Source of the DNA: Mizuhopecten yessoensis
Taxonomy: Eukaryota
Assembly (NCBI RefSeq): GCF_002113885.1
Contig: NW_018408770.1
Coordinates: forward strand, 838,458 to 902,457
Direction of reading: 5' to 3'
Length of the DNA: 64,000 nucleotides
Made by a program: the position numbers and the translations under genes. Shown one piece after another: positions 40,345 to 53,854 of the stretch. The number at the start of each line of letters is the position of its first letter. The first letter of the stretch is position 1. Below the pieces are notes generated by a model, which was not told where the DNA came from, searched no databases, and saw only the letters and a list, made by a program, of their open reading frames with translations.

Positions 40345-41262
40345 GGAACTACATATTACTGTATGATGGGTAGGAATCCATATGTATACCTGTAGCCTAG
40401 TCACAGGTACATCTTTAATCAGGGACTACATATTACTGTATGATGGGTAGCAATCCATATGTATACCTGTACCCTAGTCACAGGTACATCGTTAAAGATC
40501 TTCATTAATCATGAACTTCTTGCTACCAAGTGATGGTTGGATAAGTAAAGCTGCACCCAGGTAATAGGTACACTGTTAATAAGGTACATCATAATCAGGG
40601 ACTGTGATGGTTATTCTTCATTGGCCGTTATAATGTAATGGTAGGATGAGTATACCTGTGCCCCAGAGACAGGTACATCATTACAGGTACACTGTACATC
40701 ATAATCAGGGACTGTGATGCTTATACTTCATTGGCCGTTATAATGAAATGGTAGGATGAGTATACCTGTGCCCCAGAGACAGGTACATCATTACAGGTAC
40801 ATTGTACATCATAATCAGGGCCAATGAAGTATAACCATCACAGTCCCTGATTAGGATGTACCTTATTAACAGTGTACCTATTACCTGGGCACAGCTTTAC
40901 TTATCCAACCATCACTTGGTAGCCAGAAGTTCCTGATTAATGAAGATCTTTAACGATGTACCTGTGACTAGAGTACAGGTATACATATGGATGCCTACCC
41001 ATCATACAGTAATATGTAGGCCCTGATTAACGATGTACCTGTACCCTAGTCACAGGTACATCGTTAAAGATCTTCATTAATCAGGAACTTCTTGCTACCA
41101 AGTGATGGTTGGATAAGTAAAGCTGTACCCAGGTAATAGGTACACTGTTAATAAGGTACATCATAATCAGGGACTGTGATGGTTATACTTCATTGGCCGT
41201 TATAATGTAATGGTAGGATGAGTATACCTGTACCCCAGAGACAGGTACATCGTTACAGGTGT
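40345..41262. repeat. Complex direct/inverted repeat cluster
   Basis: A 77-bp tandem pair (40348/40425) and a 110-bp tandem (40584/40694/40804). An inverted copy of 40403-40626 lies at 40819-41042, followed by a forward copy at 41036-41260. Confidence 0.92.
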
Positions 41263-42320
41263 AGTATATCATTAAACATTAAACTGATCAGTGACTACTT
41301 ACCACTGAGTGACTGGGGATTACAGGGACTTACACTGTTAGGCAGATATCTTAGTAGAGCTTTACAGCATCAGGTAAATGTTACCAGTGACGTACATAAA
41401 TGTTTGGGTTGTTTATAAATGTGTGCGACTGTACACTTCTTAACCGATTGTGTACATCTGTGATTACGATTCTAAGTTCTCCAACAACCTGTTTAACACA
41501 TATGTCTTTAATGGGGATTTTACTTACTAAATATCAGCATGCAAGTTATATGTATGAAAGATCTCTGCATGCTTGTTCAGATAAAAATTCAGCGGAGGTT
41601 GCCTCATGTTTTTTTTGAAGAGATGTAAAACAGGAGTTTGGTTTATTACCAGACCTGAAGTGACTCTTTGACACTACAGAAGTGCTATCTGATAGAAGGC
41701 CATCACTGGTAATTGTCTTTGATAAGTCGGACAAATTGTTATCAGAGGATGAGAGTATATAGACTTGCACTGTTGTGAACCTGATGAAATAGGTAAACAG
41801 ATACTGACAGCCTTTGATGTACCGCTCTGGGAACTTGGCTTTGAAGATTACCTGGTTTGTGACTGCATTCATTTGTGATAGATACTAATAATGGGATATT
41901 GACATGCAGGGGTGTCTTCGCAAGTGCTGCATGCTCCTTACGGACAGATGACATGTTAAGACCAGGTTTACAGGAGTCCTTTTACGCAGAAAGCCTCGTT
42001 TAACTTTTCCTTTAGGCCAGTAGGTGGCTTCTTTTCACAAGTCTTTTTAGAAGGTGGCTCTTTTGAGAGGTCTTCTTGCAGAGGTCCTTTAAAAGAAATG
42101 GTGGTTCGTCTGACCAGGGTCTTTATACACAGGTGATCTACTATAATGATTCCTCTTGGTAGGTCCTTGACTTTGCTTTGGACAAGTGTCTTTATATAGT
42201 GTTGGATGACCTATCGGCAGTTCTATTTTCTTTGTATGTAGACAGGTCCCGTGTCTTTTGAAAGACCTTGTTTGATTGGAAGCTTGATTTGTTCGACATC
42301 GGCTTTATAGACAGGTGGAG

Positions 42321-42430
42321 GACTTCTTTTAACAGGTCCTTTTGGCAAAGACAGATGGATGACTTCTTTTAACAGGTCCTTTTGGCAAAGACAGATGGAT
42401 GGCTTCTTTTAACAGGTCTTTTTGGCAAGA
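42321..42430. repeat. 40-bp tandem repeat, ~2.7 copies
   Basis: gacttcttttaacaggtccttttggcaaagacagatggat repeated. Confidence 0.9.
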
Positions 42431-43254
42431 GTCCTTATAGGAAGATTACCCCTCTTTACAGAACTGGCTTTTTATGAGGGGGCCTGAAAGACAGATCGAT
42501 CTTTTGATTGTTATTCTGGTAGCAGTCTTTCCAAATAGTTAGGTAGTAGTTTGGAATTTTGTTGGGGTACATGTATCCATGGTGCCTGGTTTATGTCAAT
42601 GGCCGTTTTGATCTTCTGCTTGTATGAAGTATATTTTACGTTGGATATTTGGAGATTGTCTGACTTTAAACAATGGCTGAACTAGCTACTAGATTTATTT
42701 TCCAATCAGAATATATTTTAATTTCAGCCAGAAACAGGTGTTCCCAGATATGGCCTTCTATACAAATCTGTCGAAAAAATGGTGCAGTGTAATTCCGCAT
42801 TCATAGTTATCCCAAATGTGGGCTTATTCCCAGTAAATGGCTATAACTTTGTCAGGAAATGTGCAGTTTATTGATATGGCTGTCAACAGATGTGTCGATC
42901 ATGATAATCTGAGTATTAGTATATTCTATGATCAGTGTATGATGTAAAGCCTTCAATTGTGGACAATTAATGGACAGTTGTCCCGATGTACTGACCGTAC
43001 TGTGACCATACTGACCAGTAGTAGTACCTGGTAAGACCTGTAGTGACCTAGCTATCAAAGCTGACCTTGCCCTAACTCATTGTTGATGTGTATTTATGAA
43101 TGATAATCGTTCCCATACAGTTTGCGTAAGACAGATTAGAGGTAAACCTGGCCATTCATAGCTTACCTGTTTATGGTAGGTAGATATCTATAAATGTTCC
43201 ACCTCATATATATAGTATCAGTATAAAAGGCTACCATATATATACAGATTTTAA

Positions 43255-43337
43255 CTCATTTACCCCTGAAGACACATTTGAACTCTTCCAATTGAAAGGT
43301 TGGAACAGTTCATTATGAAATTTCAGGGGTGAATGAG
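43255..43337. mobile_element. 83-bp MITE with TTAA-type target (piggyBac/Kolobok-like)
   Basis: TIRs ctcatttacccctgaa / ttcaggggtgaatgag (one mismatch), TTAA at 43251-54, a degenerate taa on the right, and an internal hairpin ttccaa...ttggaa. Confidence 0.7.
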
Positions 43338-44047
43338 TAATACCTAAATTTTAGTAGAAAACTTATGCTTTTGTATATACAAGGTATATAAAATCAGAAA
43401 AAGTATTTTAGCACAATTTTATATGTAAAGTGGTGAGATCGTATTTTATTTCAACCATGTGATTGCACTTACATTGTATAGTTCAACCAATAATAGCTAA
43501 ATCCATTTAGATTTGGTTGAACTTTAATAGCGATAAATGCATTTACCATGTCTTAAAATATAATAACTGAAAAGTCAAAGAGCTTGAGATGGAAAGGGAC
43601 TTAAATTGTTTTTAGCTGGAAGGATTTAGAGTTGTTGTGTCTGGGATATCATTATAAACTTAAGATTGTGCTCTTTTAATTGTTCCTTCTTGAAAGCATG
43701 GTTCCAATATTTTAATCTGCAGCACAGTTCCTAAACCTGGCCCTAAGCTTGGCACATAAACTAAATACTGATGTGGCAATTCCAATTTCACTTTAAATAG
43801 AACACTTAATGTTTCAATGAGTTTTACAAAAAACATTGAGAATGAAAACAAATTTCTTCTGTCCCAAGACAGTTTCAGTGGAAGGAAAATGAGCTAGTGC
43901 AGAGTTGGTATCATTAGATACATACAGGTTATGTGCACATTACTACAATTCACCTCCCACATTCTCAGTAATTGGCTAGACTTCCCTGCTGTAATTAGAC
44001 CCCTGTAGAATGGAAGTGAAGCAGGTGTCATTTGGAATGTGAATTGT

Positions 44048-44912
44048 TATCCTCAGAGATACGGGGCCCTAGAGATCTCTTCTCAAAGGAACAGGGCCTG
44101 TGGATCATCTCTCAGAGATACAGGGCCTGGGGATCCCTTCTTGGAGATACAGGGCCCTAGAGATCCCTTCTCAAAGGTACCGGGCCTGTGTATCATCTCT
44201 CGGATATACAGGGCCTGATGGGAATCCCCTTTCAGAGGTACAACACTAAGGATCCCCTCTCAGAGGTATAGGGCTTATAGGGATTATCTCTCAGAGGTAC
44301 AGCACCTGGAGATCCCCTCTAAAAAGTCAGGGCCAGGGAATCATCGCTTATAGTTAAAGAGTACCAGGGGATCACTTATCACAGGTACAGAGTGTGAGTA
44401 TCACCTATCACAGGCACAGAGTGTGAATATCCCCTCTCAGAGGTACAGAGTCTGAGGATCCCCTCTCAGAGGCACAGAGTGTGAGTAACCCCTCCAGAGG
44501 TGCAGATCGAGTCTGAGTATCCCCTCTCCGAGGTGCAGAGTGTGAGTATCCCCCTCCAGAGGTGCAGATCGAGTCTGAGTATCTCAGCTCTCAGAGGTGC
44601 AGAGTGTGAGTATCCCCTCCAGAGTTGCAGATCGAGTCTGAGTATCTCAGCTCTCAGAGGTGCAGAGTCAGAATATCCCTTCTCAGAGGCGATGAGTCTG
44701 AGTATCCCCTCTCAGAAGTTCAGTGTCTGATTTTCCCATCTCAGAGGCGCAGAGTCTGAGTACCCTCATACAGAGCTATATACCATGGGGTCGCCTCTCA
44801 GAGGTACAGAGTCTGATTTTCCCATCTCAGAGGTACCGAGTCTGAGTATCCCCTCTCAGAGCTATAGACCATGGGATCGCCTCTCAGAGGGAAAGGGCCT
44901 TGGGATCTCATC
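44048..44912. repeat. Degenerate ~29-31-bp minisatellite
   Basis: Recurring gagtatcccctctcagaggt(a/g)cagagtct and gatcccctctcagaggtacagggcct units. Confidence 0.85.
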
Positions 44913-46637
44913 TTAAAAAAGTAGCCTGAACCTTGAGATTTTTTATTTAGAAGCACTGGATCTGTAGATCCCTTCTGAGAGGTACAATGCCTGGGGATCT
45001 CTAAGAGGCAGAGGACCTAGATATTCCCTCCTGGAGGTATAGCACCTGCAGTACCAATGATTAAATACAGTGTTGATTGTCTTTAGACCTGTATCTAATA
45101 CCTGCAGCAGGGTAATTAAACTGTGTGTAGTGCAGTCCTGTGATGTGGGCCAGGGCACCCATAAGGATTATGCACTGATAGCTTCTCAGTCATAAAGGCT
45201 GATTGATTCCTTTGTGGAAAACCTTAAAAACTGCTCGGTTGTGTACACCTGTTTCACATCACCAGTCTAACACCCGGGAGTGATGTACTCCTGAGCGGAG
45301 AAACCACCACTTCCTGTTACAGGCTTGTGGTAATTAGTAGTACATGTGTAGGGTACCCAACATTACACTGTAATTGTCTTAACGACTTCATATAGGCAGG
45401 AGAAAGTAAGTTGTCAGCTTTTAGTCTATTGAAAGATTCTTTTGGAACAGGAATCGAGACAGGTATGCATTTTGCTAAGCGTGTTAATATTATGCTTGTA
45501 TTTAGCATCACATGTCTAAAAGTTTCAATAGAACTTAAGTATTGAGTATAATTTACCCCTGATGTATTAACTCAAAGTAATTCAATTTGAAACAAGTTTT
45601 AATTAGATTTTCAGTTGCAAGCGACTCTATGTCATAGTAGCTCAAGCTATTTCATTTCTTAAAGTAAATTTGAAATAATAAAACGACTTGATTTACATTG
45701 ATGCATGATAGTTTGGACCTTTCCTCTCACCCCGAGGAGTGTGATAGAGATGTAACGAGAACCTGTCAAGTGCTACCTGGTGATGAAGTATCGGTGATCT
45801 CTCATTTACACCTGTACACAACAAGTACTCGTATCATGCTTGTTGTTTACATTGTTAATAGGGGAATCCATCATGGCTGAAATATATCGGGCAACTTAAC
45901 AGGCTTCATATTTATCACCTGTCGTTATTGCATAGTCATTATCAGGCGATCCTAATTCTGATATTGAGGATTTCAATCCACATGGTATTTTATTCATACT
46001 GTAGTTATCTAATGGGTTTTGATCCAATTCTAGCAGATCGGTACACTCTATACTGTGAAGAAATTACCAGGGGATTTAAAAAAATCTATAATATTGGTGT
46101 ATAGAAATATCAAGCTCATCAATGTATTGGTCAGGTGGTGGGTTTTCATATTTATCCAGCTGTGTTGCTTTCACATGGATGCCCAACTGTGGCTGTAGCT
46201 CGTGGCAGACTCCTTTTATTTTCAGTCCAATTATATATAGCAGAGAGGTATTGATATACAGAGGCAAAATTAAAATGCAAATTTCTGTAAAAGTTGTTCA
46301 AAGTAGGGAACTTCTTCTGACAAAAGCTGATGGCTATACCTTTATCATGGCAGCTTTACTCAGTTGATTATTCAATGTGTTCAATACGGGATGAAAGGAC
46401 CCAACCAGCAAACATGTGTTACGTCTAACTGAGGATTTGTAGCCAGGGGCCAGAGGACCATATTTATCACGTGTGTATGTAATCCTTTTCTGTTTTGTCC
46501 ACAATTCAAGTATATACAATGATTCTTATACAGCCTGTATTTATGGCCGCATATCAAACATGTAGTAAAGGTATCCTCTTGTCATTACAGACTCCACGAT
46601 GAAGCCGTCATAGCAGCCCTTCGCCAACAACACTACC

Positions 46638-47199
46638 ATGACAACCATGGAACGGTCAGACAGAATGCTCTTCATATCGGAATCTCCAGTGGATAGGAGT
46701 TTTGACAGTAAAATGACCAGTTATAACCAACAGTCCACGGTGACAGAGGTCCATGTTGTAGGATCGGAGACAAACAATGTTGCCCTAAATCGTGTATGGG
46801 GACCCCCAACGGGGACGGCAACAGCAGAGATACGCCATGTGAATGTAAACATGGATGCCAACCACAATGTGAAACCTTCCGAGTTCCTACAGAGGACTGG
46901 TCATTCCTCTATGTCTTCGTCTTCAAGTTCATCCCTGCCGCCACAAACCTCAATGAAATCGTACTCCACTGTATCGTCTTCAGCCTCACTTCCACATACT
47001 ACCACGCAGGTCCGGCGGAACCAGTCTGAAAGTGCTGCAGCAGAAATGCGGCCAGAGGTGGGGAGGGAGCGTGCCACTGCGCAAATGCGAGGGGTTGGGA
47101 CAGAAAATGTAACAGCCCAGGTGTGGGGGACGGAGAGCATGCATGCTGAGTACCGAGATACAGGCCACGCCACAGTCAGCACAGAAGTGAAACACAAAG
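46638..47199 (+). CDS. KANK: KANK, first coding exon (Ser/Thr-rich N-terminal extension; exon 46591-47199)
   Basis: Acceptor ttgtcattacag at 46590, ATG in accATGa context after an in-frame TAG, and donor aag|gtgaga in phase 1. This joins 53855 in frame (K-E-N-G-E-K-K-V). Confidence 0.75.
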
Positions 47200-48028
47200 G
47201 TGAGAGGTTACTTAAATTAAACAGAAGCTATTATTGTTGTCACTACCTAGGTAGTAGTGAGTTTAGGTTTTGTTGCCAGGATCAAAAGAAGCTAAAGTGG
47301 AAAACAACAGTTTGCTGTCAGTTATGTAACAAAGTTCAGGTCATAGGTGAGATTCCTTAATTAAATAAAGGGAAACTATGTCAAAGGTCAAAGGGTTTAG
47401 GCAATGAATCACATAATTGGGAATAAAAAGAGTCATAAGATTCATTGCCACTCTATCTCATGGCATTTAGCTAGACCCTACATACTTAAGTATAGCGATA
47501 ATGTTCATATTGGCATTCATCCATTCACTAGCGGCCATCATACAGGCCTATAAAAGGGTAAAAATTTGATGGACAATGTAGCTATGCCATTACCTTCTCT
47601 AACCTCGAGGCATTTAGGTTCAGTGTTTTATTACTGTTTGGTTTGTGCCGTCATATTTGTTTACCTTCTTAGTTTATCATTGTCTTCTTATTTATAATGG
47701 ATATATTTTGTGCAGCGAGAAGGTTGATTTAAAACTCCGTGCCAATATGGCATTGTATGACAACTTTGAGATAGAAGTGTTGAGCAAAGGATTGTAAGTG
47801 TGCACCTTGAATGAACGGTAATTGTCGGGAGATTGGGCGACTTTGATCATAAATCTATTGCTACTTGAGGGTTGTTCAACTTTGGTCATAGACCTTCAGT
47901 TTCAAAAGGGTTGGTCAACTTTACTCTTTGGTAGTACGTATACAGGCTTAGTTGCTCAAGTGTTGGTCAGAAGGCTGTCTTTATACGGGGTGTCGGAGCT
48001 ACCTTACTGCATTTGGTTGTGTTGAGGA

Positions 48029-48109
48029 TGGAAATTAGTTTTTTAAACTGAAAAGATCATTTACAAGTTGGAAATTAGTTTTTTAAACTGAAAAGATCAT
48101 TTACAAGTT
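48029..48109. repeat. 40-bp tandem duplication
   Basis: tggaaattagttttttaaactgaaaagatcatttacaagt twice. Confidence 0.9.
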
Positions 48110-51100
48110 TCCAATTCCCCATTTCCCTGGTGTTGTTTATATGTGTTTGGTTTCTGTACATTAATCAGGTGTGGGTCTGTTGATAGAAAGTGTTATAACT
48201 AAGACTGATTGAGTGAGGTGTGTACTGCTTCTCTTCTGCCAGTTGTCACTACATCATTAATCTGTCTGAGCTGAATTAGATTTTGTTTTAAAATCTTTCT
48301 TATTTTCCTTAAGTTTGAAGAACCAAAGTTTTGTTTGAGAGCAAAGTAATTAAAATTTCATGAATGTCCTAATTTAATCATAGCAGCGTGTATACATTTC
48401 ACAATTAAAAATAAAATAAAAAATGATTCCCTAATTTATTATTTAAACAAGCTTGTGTTTGAATGTTTCCAATACTAGTTAGAGGGTCATTATTGCACTG
48501 TGAAAATCAATTGTAGTTAACTAAATTCTTGCTAGCTAGAAACTCCAATTTTTGAAGTTTTCGAGTAATTATAGCAAATATTGTAGAGTTACAATTAAGG
48601 TATCTAATTTAAAAAAGCTAATTGATTGCTAGCAGTTTATAGACATCATCCAGTGATGTGTTTGTGTAAGACTTCATGTAAAACCACAACATTGTGGGCT
48701 TCTTCCTAGTATGCACCTCCTAATTCAATTATATTAAATAAAATATTTTCAAATTTAACATTACACTTGTAATTTGAAAATGATACTTGCCTTGACGAAG
48801 CTATATTTGATATTTCGGGAACATATTAAACACTTGATTGAAATGTATTTCCAATAATCTGTTTGAGTGGTTCTTTAATATTGGTATATCTGTAGTTTTT
48901 CCCTCCTAACACCCCTATATTCTCATAGTAACGAACTGGCCATCCTGTTGCTTGGTCTCTTCCATTTAAGTCATGTAGGGGTGGGGAATTTCAGAAAGTG
49001 GCAGTATTTCTGTATTGAAGGCTCCGCAGTAAACACTTCCTGGATAGATAATGGACAAATTTTGTTTAACCCTTTCAACCCGCTGTATCCACCGATATCT
49101 GGTGTTGACAGTTTTCTATTACAATGTTACCCTCAGTCGTCAAGATTCATCGACCGATACCACCAGAAAAAGTCATTTATGTACATGTATTGGATATGAA
49201 ACCTGGCGTGATGTTTCTGTGAATGCACAGCATCAGCAGTAGCCATCTGACATCCTCACTTTTTTGGTCCATCACAGTTAGTGCTAGTTCTGTGTTGAGA
49301 GCTGAATTGGTGGGGATCAGAATCGGTAAGAGGTGTGAAGTGGTAAAATCTCCCTTTTTTAATCTGCATCATGGAAAAGAAGTGACTGCTACCACGAGAC
49401 TGCTCATTCAGTTACGAGATACCCTAGATGCCTGCAGATGCCAACACCACTATTGCGTTGAACACGAGGTCTTCGTAAGTTACAGACTAGCTGTCGTCTT
49501 TTTATTTAGGGAATGTGTGCAATTTATACGATATAGCTTTCTACAAAGTTTGATAAAGTGTGGGTTTTTTCATCCATTAATTGGCATCTTAGAAAGAAAC
49601 ATTATTGCGACATTTAGAAAAGGCAGCATGTCATAAATGATGTTGTATTTGTTGAAGCCTTTATTGTAATGGGCATAGGTTGAGTTGGACATACAACATG
49701 ACTGAAATGACCTAATGATATTTAGGGCATTATAAGATATGTCTGTAGTCTAAAAAAAAAAAAAATCTTGAAAATGTCGTTCAGTTGAAAGAAATGTCAG
49801 AAATGTCTATAATTTGATTGAGTTCCTGATAGATATACATTTTTTTAATATGTATTTTCGATGTGTGTATTGAGTTAATGCTTACAGACCTCTGTCTGGA
49901 TATGGGTAATTACCATTTTCCACATATTGAGTTCAATGTAAGACATGACCATAGCCTTGTAGTTAACAGGATATGAGAAGTATTTCTATATTACGACAGT
50001 AAAATTGAGACACCAGACATGTCTGTAGCCTGAAGTCAGACAAACAGTGATATGTTTGTGACCTTTGTCTGGCTGTTTCATATCAAGGATTTGTTTAGAT
50101 CTGTAACCTTCAACTTGATGGTCATTGTTTCAATATAATGGGAAACCCTTGCATGGAAATATCCCCAGGAGATTCCTGATTTCTTATAGACATTGAAAGT
50201 ATTCCTCTCAAAATGGTAAATGAAATTATCGAACATTTATTGGTATCAATTCCTTGAAATGGTTATAAATAGAAGATTTCCTTCTAAAAACAAGCGAAAG
50301 AGACAGTTGTGATTTATAAGATACGATGAATTGTGATGGAATGATAGAGAGTGGTGTATCCTATTGATTGCTCCCAGGATCTGTGAGGTTCGTGTTTTCT
50401 CTATCCATTGATTTCTTTCAAACGTGCTTGGGATGTTCTATAGCTTTTGATGTATAAAATAACTTCAGTCATTAGCTGAAGTGAATCTGCGCCTACTTCG
50501 AGGGGGCCCCTTCCTTTGCTGGCTAAGATGGGCAGTCTGAAAAGTATACTTGTCTACAAAATTAGCATGTACATGGCTTTGATGAGTAGACCTGGTGCTC
50601 CATCTCTATGGCCATGTGAGGAACAATGAAAGTTTGCCATTCTAATACTTATAATGATATACGTGTATAATCTCATTACCAGGAAGGACCAGCAGGTGCT
50701 TTGAAGCCAGACATGTATCTTGGAATATTGTAAAAGAAATGCTATGAAAAAATTCTATGTGGAAATGTATAAAAACTTTAGTGACAGTTCAGACGTTTTG
50801 AAGTCCACAAAAGACCTGTTGGAATTTGTATTTCAAGGATTAATGTAGACAATCTAATTGTTCAACAGAGAGCTGGATTTTGAATTTTCTAAGATCGTGA
50901 GTTTTTCTGATTGCGAGTTGTCCAAAAGTGGTTTTAATTATTCTTGAATTGGAATTGTATGGCTCTCAATGAGTTATTACAACGTCAATTAGTTGACTTT
51001 TAAGTTTCTGAAAGTGCAGATATGGCTGGTTAGAGATGCATTTTGGTTGACATTTTTTTCATTTCTTGATTCATTTGGTTTCTGATTAAAATGGCTTGTT

Positions 51101-51124
51101 AATATTGATTTGTTGATGCTGTTA

Positions 51125-51840
51125 GTTGGTGATTAGTATGGTTGGTTGGTGATTTAAAGTATGGTTGGTTGGTGATTTAAAGTATGGGTGGTTGGTGATT
51201 AGTATGGTTGGTTGGTGATTGGTATGGTTGGTTGGTGATCGATCGGTATGGTTAGATGGTGATTGGTGTGGTTGGTTGGTAATTAGTATGGTTGGTTGGT
51301 GATTAGTATGGTTGGCTTGTGTTTAGTATGGTTTGTTGGTGATTAGTATGGTTGATTGGTGATTTAAAGTATGGTTGGTTGGTGATTAGTATGGTTGATT
51401 TATGATTGGTATGTTTGGTTGGTGATAAGTATGGTTTGTTGGTGATTGGTATGGTTGGTTGGTGATTGGTATGGTTGGTTGGTTATTAGTATGGTTGATT
51501 GGTGATTTAAAGTATGGTTGGTGGTTGGTTGGTTATTAGTATGGTTGATTGGTGATTTAAAGTATGTTTGGTTGGTGATTAGTATGGTTGGTTGGTGATT
51601 GGTATGGTTGGTTGGTGATTAGTATGGTTGGTTGGTTATTAGTATGGTTGATTGGTGATTTAAAGTATGGTTGGTTGGTGATTAGTATGGTTGATGATCG
51701 ATCGGTATGGTTAGATGGTGATTGGTGTGGTTGGTTGGCGATTGGTATGGTTGGTTGGTGATTGGTATGGTGTGTTGGGGATGGGTATGGTTAGATGGTG
51801 ATTGGTTTGGTTAGTTGTTGATTGGTATGGTTGGTTGTTC
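51125..51840. repeat. GGTT-rich ~20-bp minisatellite
   Basis: Units ggttggttggtgattagtat with 23-bp gatttaaagtat variants. Confidence 0.92.
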
Positions 51841-53854
51841 CTGGTGTTGATAGTTGTGTTAGTGAGATTTGCTGGTTGGTTTTTGGTGTAATTGGTTAAA
51901 ATTGATGTGGGTTGATCAACTGTATTTCTGACTGATTTTGTTGGCTGGTAATTGGTTTGGTTGGTTGGTGGTAATAGATTGTGATTGTTTGGTTGGTTTA
52001 CAAATGGTAATGATGGTAAAGAATGATTTTTTTGGTAAGGAGCGATTTTGATTTTGTTGACAAGGAATTTTTTGTTAGCTATACAATTTTATGTTAAGAA
52101 ATTATTTTGGTCGTGATTTTCTGCAGTCCCAGTACTATAAGATGTAAGTATTCAGGTTGACCCGTAGATACAGGTGACCAATGGTGGAATCCTTTAGACA
52201 TTTTGTCCTGATCTTATTGATACTCTAGTGCCTTGTCATGGTGACCAGCCTTATATTGATCAGAAAAGGAATGAGAGCTAGTGTAACTCCAAATAATCAA
52301 ATTTTGTCAGAGCAGTGTACCCATTGGAGAGGGGAGGGGTTTATTTACAGCCCGGAAGCTGACAGGTTTGTGGGTGTGTTAGTGTTACCAAGTTCGCTTC
52401 GACTACCCTCCAAGGAAACAGAGATAGTTTATGGGTGTTTTATGTGGTGAATGATGGGCAAGCTTTATTGGGACTAAGTGATGCAGTGCTGTTTAAAATG
52501 GAAACAGATATCCTCTCCTAATACTCTATAGAGCAACACCATAGTGTCTAAATTGGCTTTTGTCTTTATATTGATATCATTATGAACAAACGTGCATAAA
52601 TGGATACAGATACTTTTCAATAATACAACAGTGCACCACTTCGTCGCCTGCATAATAATACTCAATTTTTTGAAGAAAAAAAACTATGTAGATTGAAATA
52701 TGCCAGCACTGCAGTGCAGCATTTGGCACTTTGTAATAATTGTGGTCGTTAAAAAAGGTTGTTATAGATAGGTACTGTAGTGTGAGAGTAGCTAAAAGCT
52801 TTTAAGAGTAAATGAGGGTTGTAGGGCTGTAGCAGGCACTGTTTAGCCACATCATATTGACAGTCTAGTCACATTATGTTGTATTAGTTCTATACAACAT
52901 CCAGAACTATATCGGTACAAATCCACGTGGAATATGTTTTTAATTGTACTACAAACTGTCTGCAGAATGAATAACTGATGTAGTTAAAACTGGCATCGTC
53001 GGAAAATGCTGGTTCTCATTTACTTGGAATGTTTGTTGGTGGAGAATTTGGAGCCGTACAGGATATTAAAAATGATTCTGCAGCATTGGAACTAAATCAC
53101 TAGATAGCTTTTACTGTCAAACAGCATACATTTATGTAGCAAAATGATCACTTTTTTGTGGATTTGTTCATTTTGAAGTGTGAGTTAATTGGGTCTCTTG
53201 TGAACTGAGATTTGGATATCAAGTTTTCTGTCCCAATTTTCTGATTTTGAAGATCGGTTTTATTCGTCTGCTCTGCCTTTCTACTCGCCATCAAACGGGT
53301 GTTTGTATGGATCATAGATATTTAATGGATTTGTTTGTTGTTGAAGGTTTGGTAAGTATGGAGAGTTTACTTTGTATGTTATTTCTTATGTATGCAAAAT
53401 TTATGGACTTGTTTGTTATGCAATAATTTTTGAATATAGAGTTTGGCTTTGTGTTCATGCATTACATATTATCTTATGTGTATATATTTCAAAGTTAATT
53501 CCATTGTTTGAACAATGTTTTATTTTCAAATGCTATAGATGATAGATTTTTCATTGGCTGTATATACAAAGTTTGTCACTATGAATCAGAGGATGTATAA
53601 AGTTACTACAGTACAACCTATTTAGTTCAGAGACTTTTCAGATAAGAAACTATACATTAGCAAAATTTCTGAAACAAATTTTAACTTTGAAAATTATTTT
53701 ACATTGCAAGTGTCTCAAAATACTGTTCTGGGTTTGTGACATTTGAGCAAATAATATTGAAAATTTATTGCACTGTCAAATGTTTTAGTATAAAACGATG
53801 CTTCTTTAAATCCTAACATATCTAATACAATTTCTTTTCTTTTTTTTTATTTAG

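Noticed and set aside
49067-49640. TTAA-CCCTTT piggyBac-like end and 137-aa ORF
   Set aside because: No matching opposite TIR found, and the ORF has no recognisable motif.
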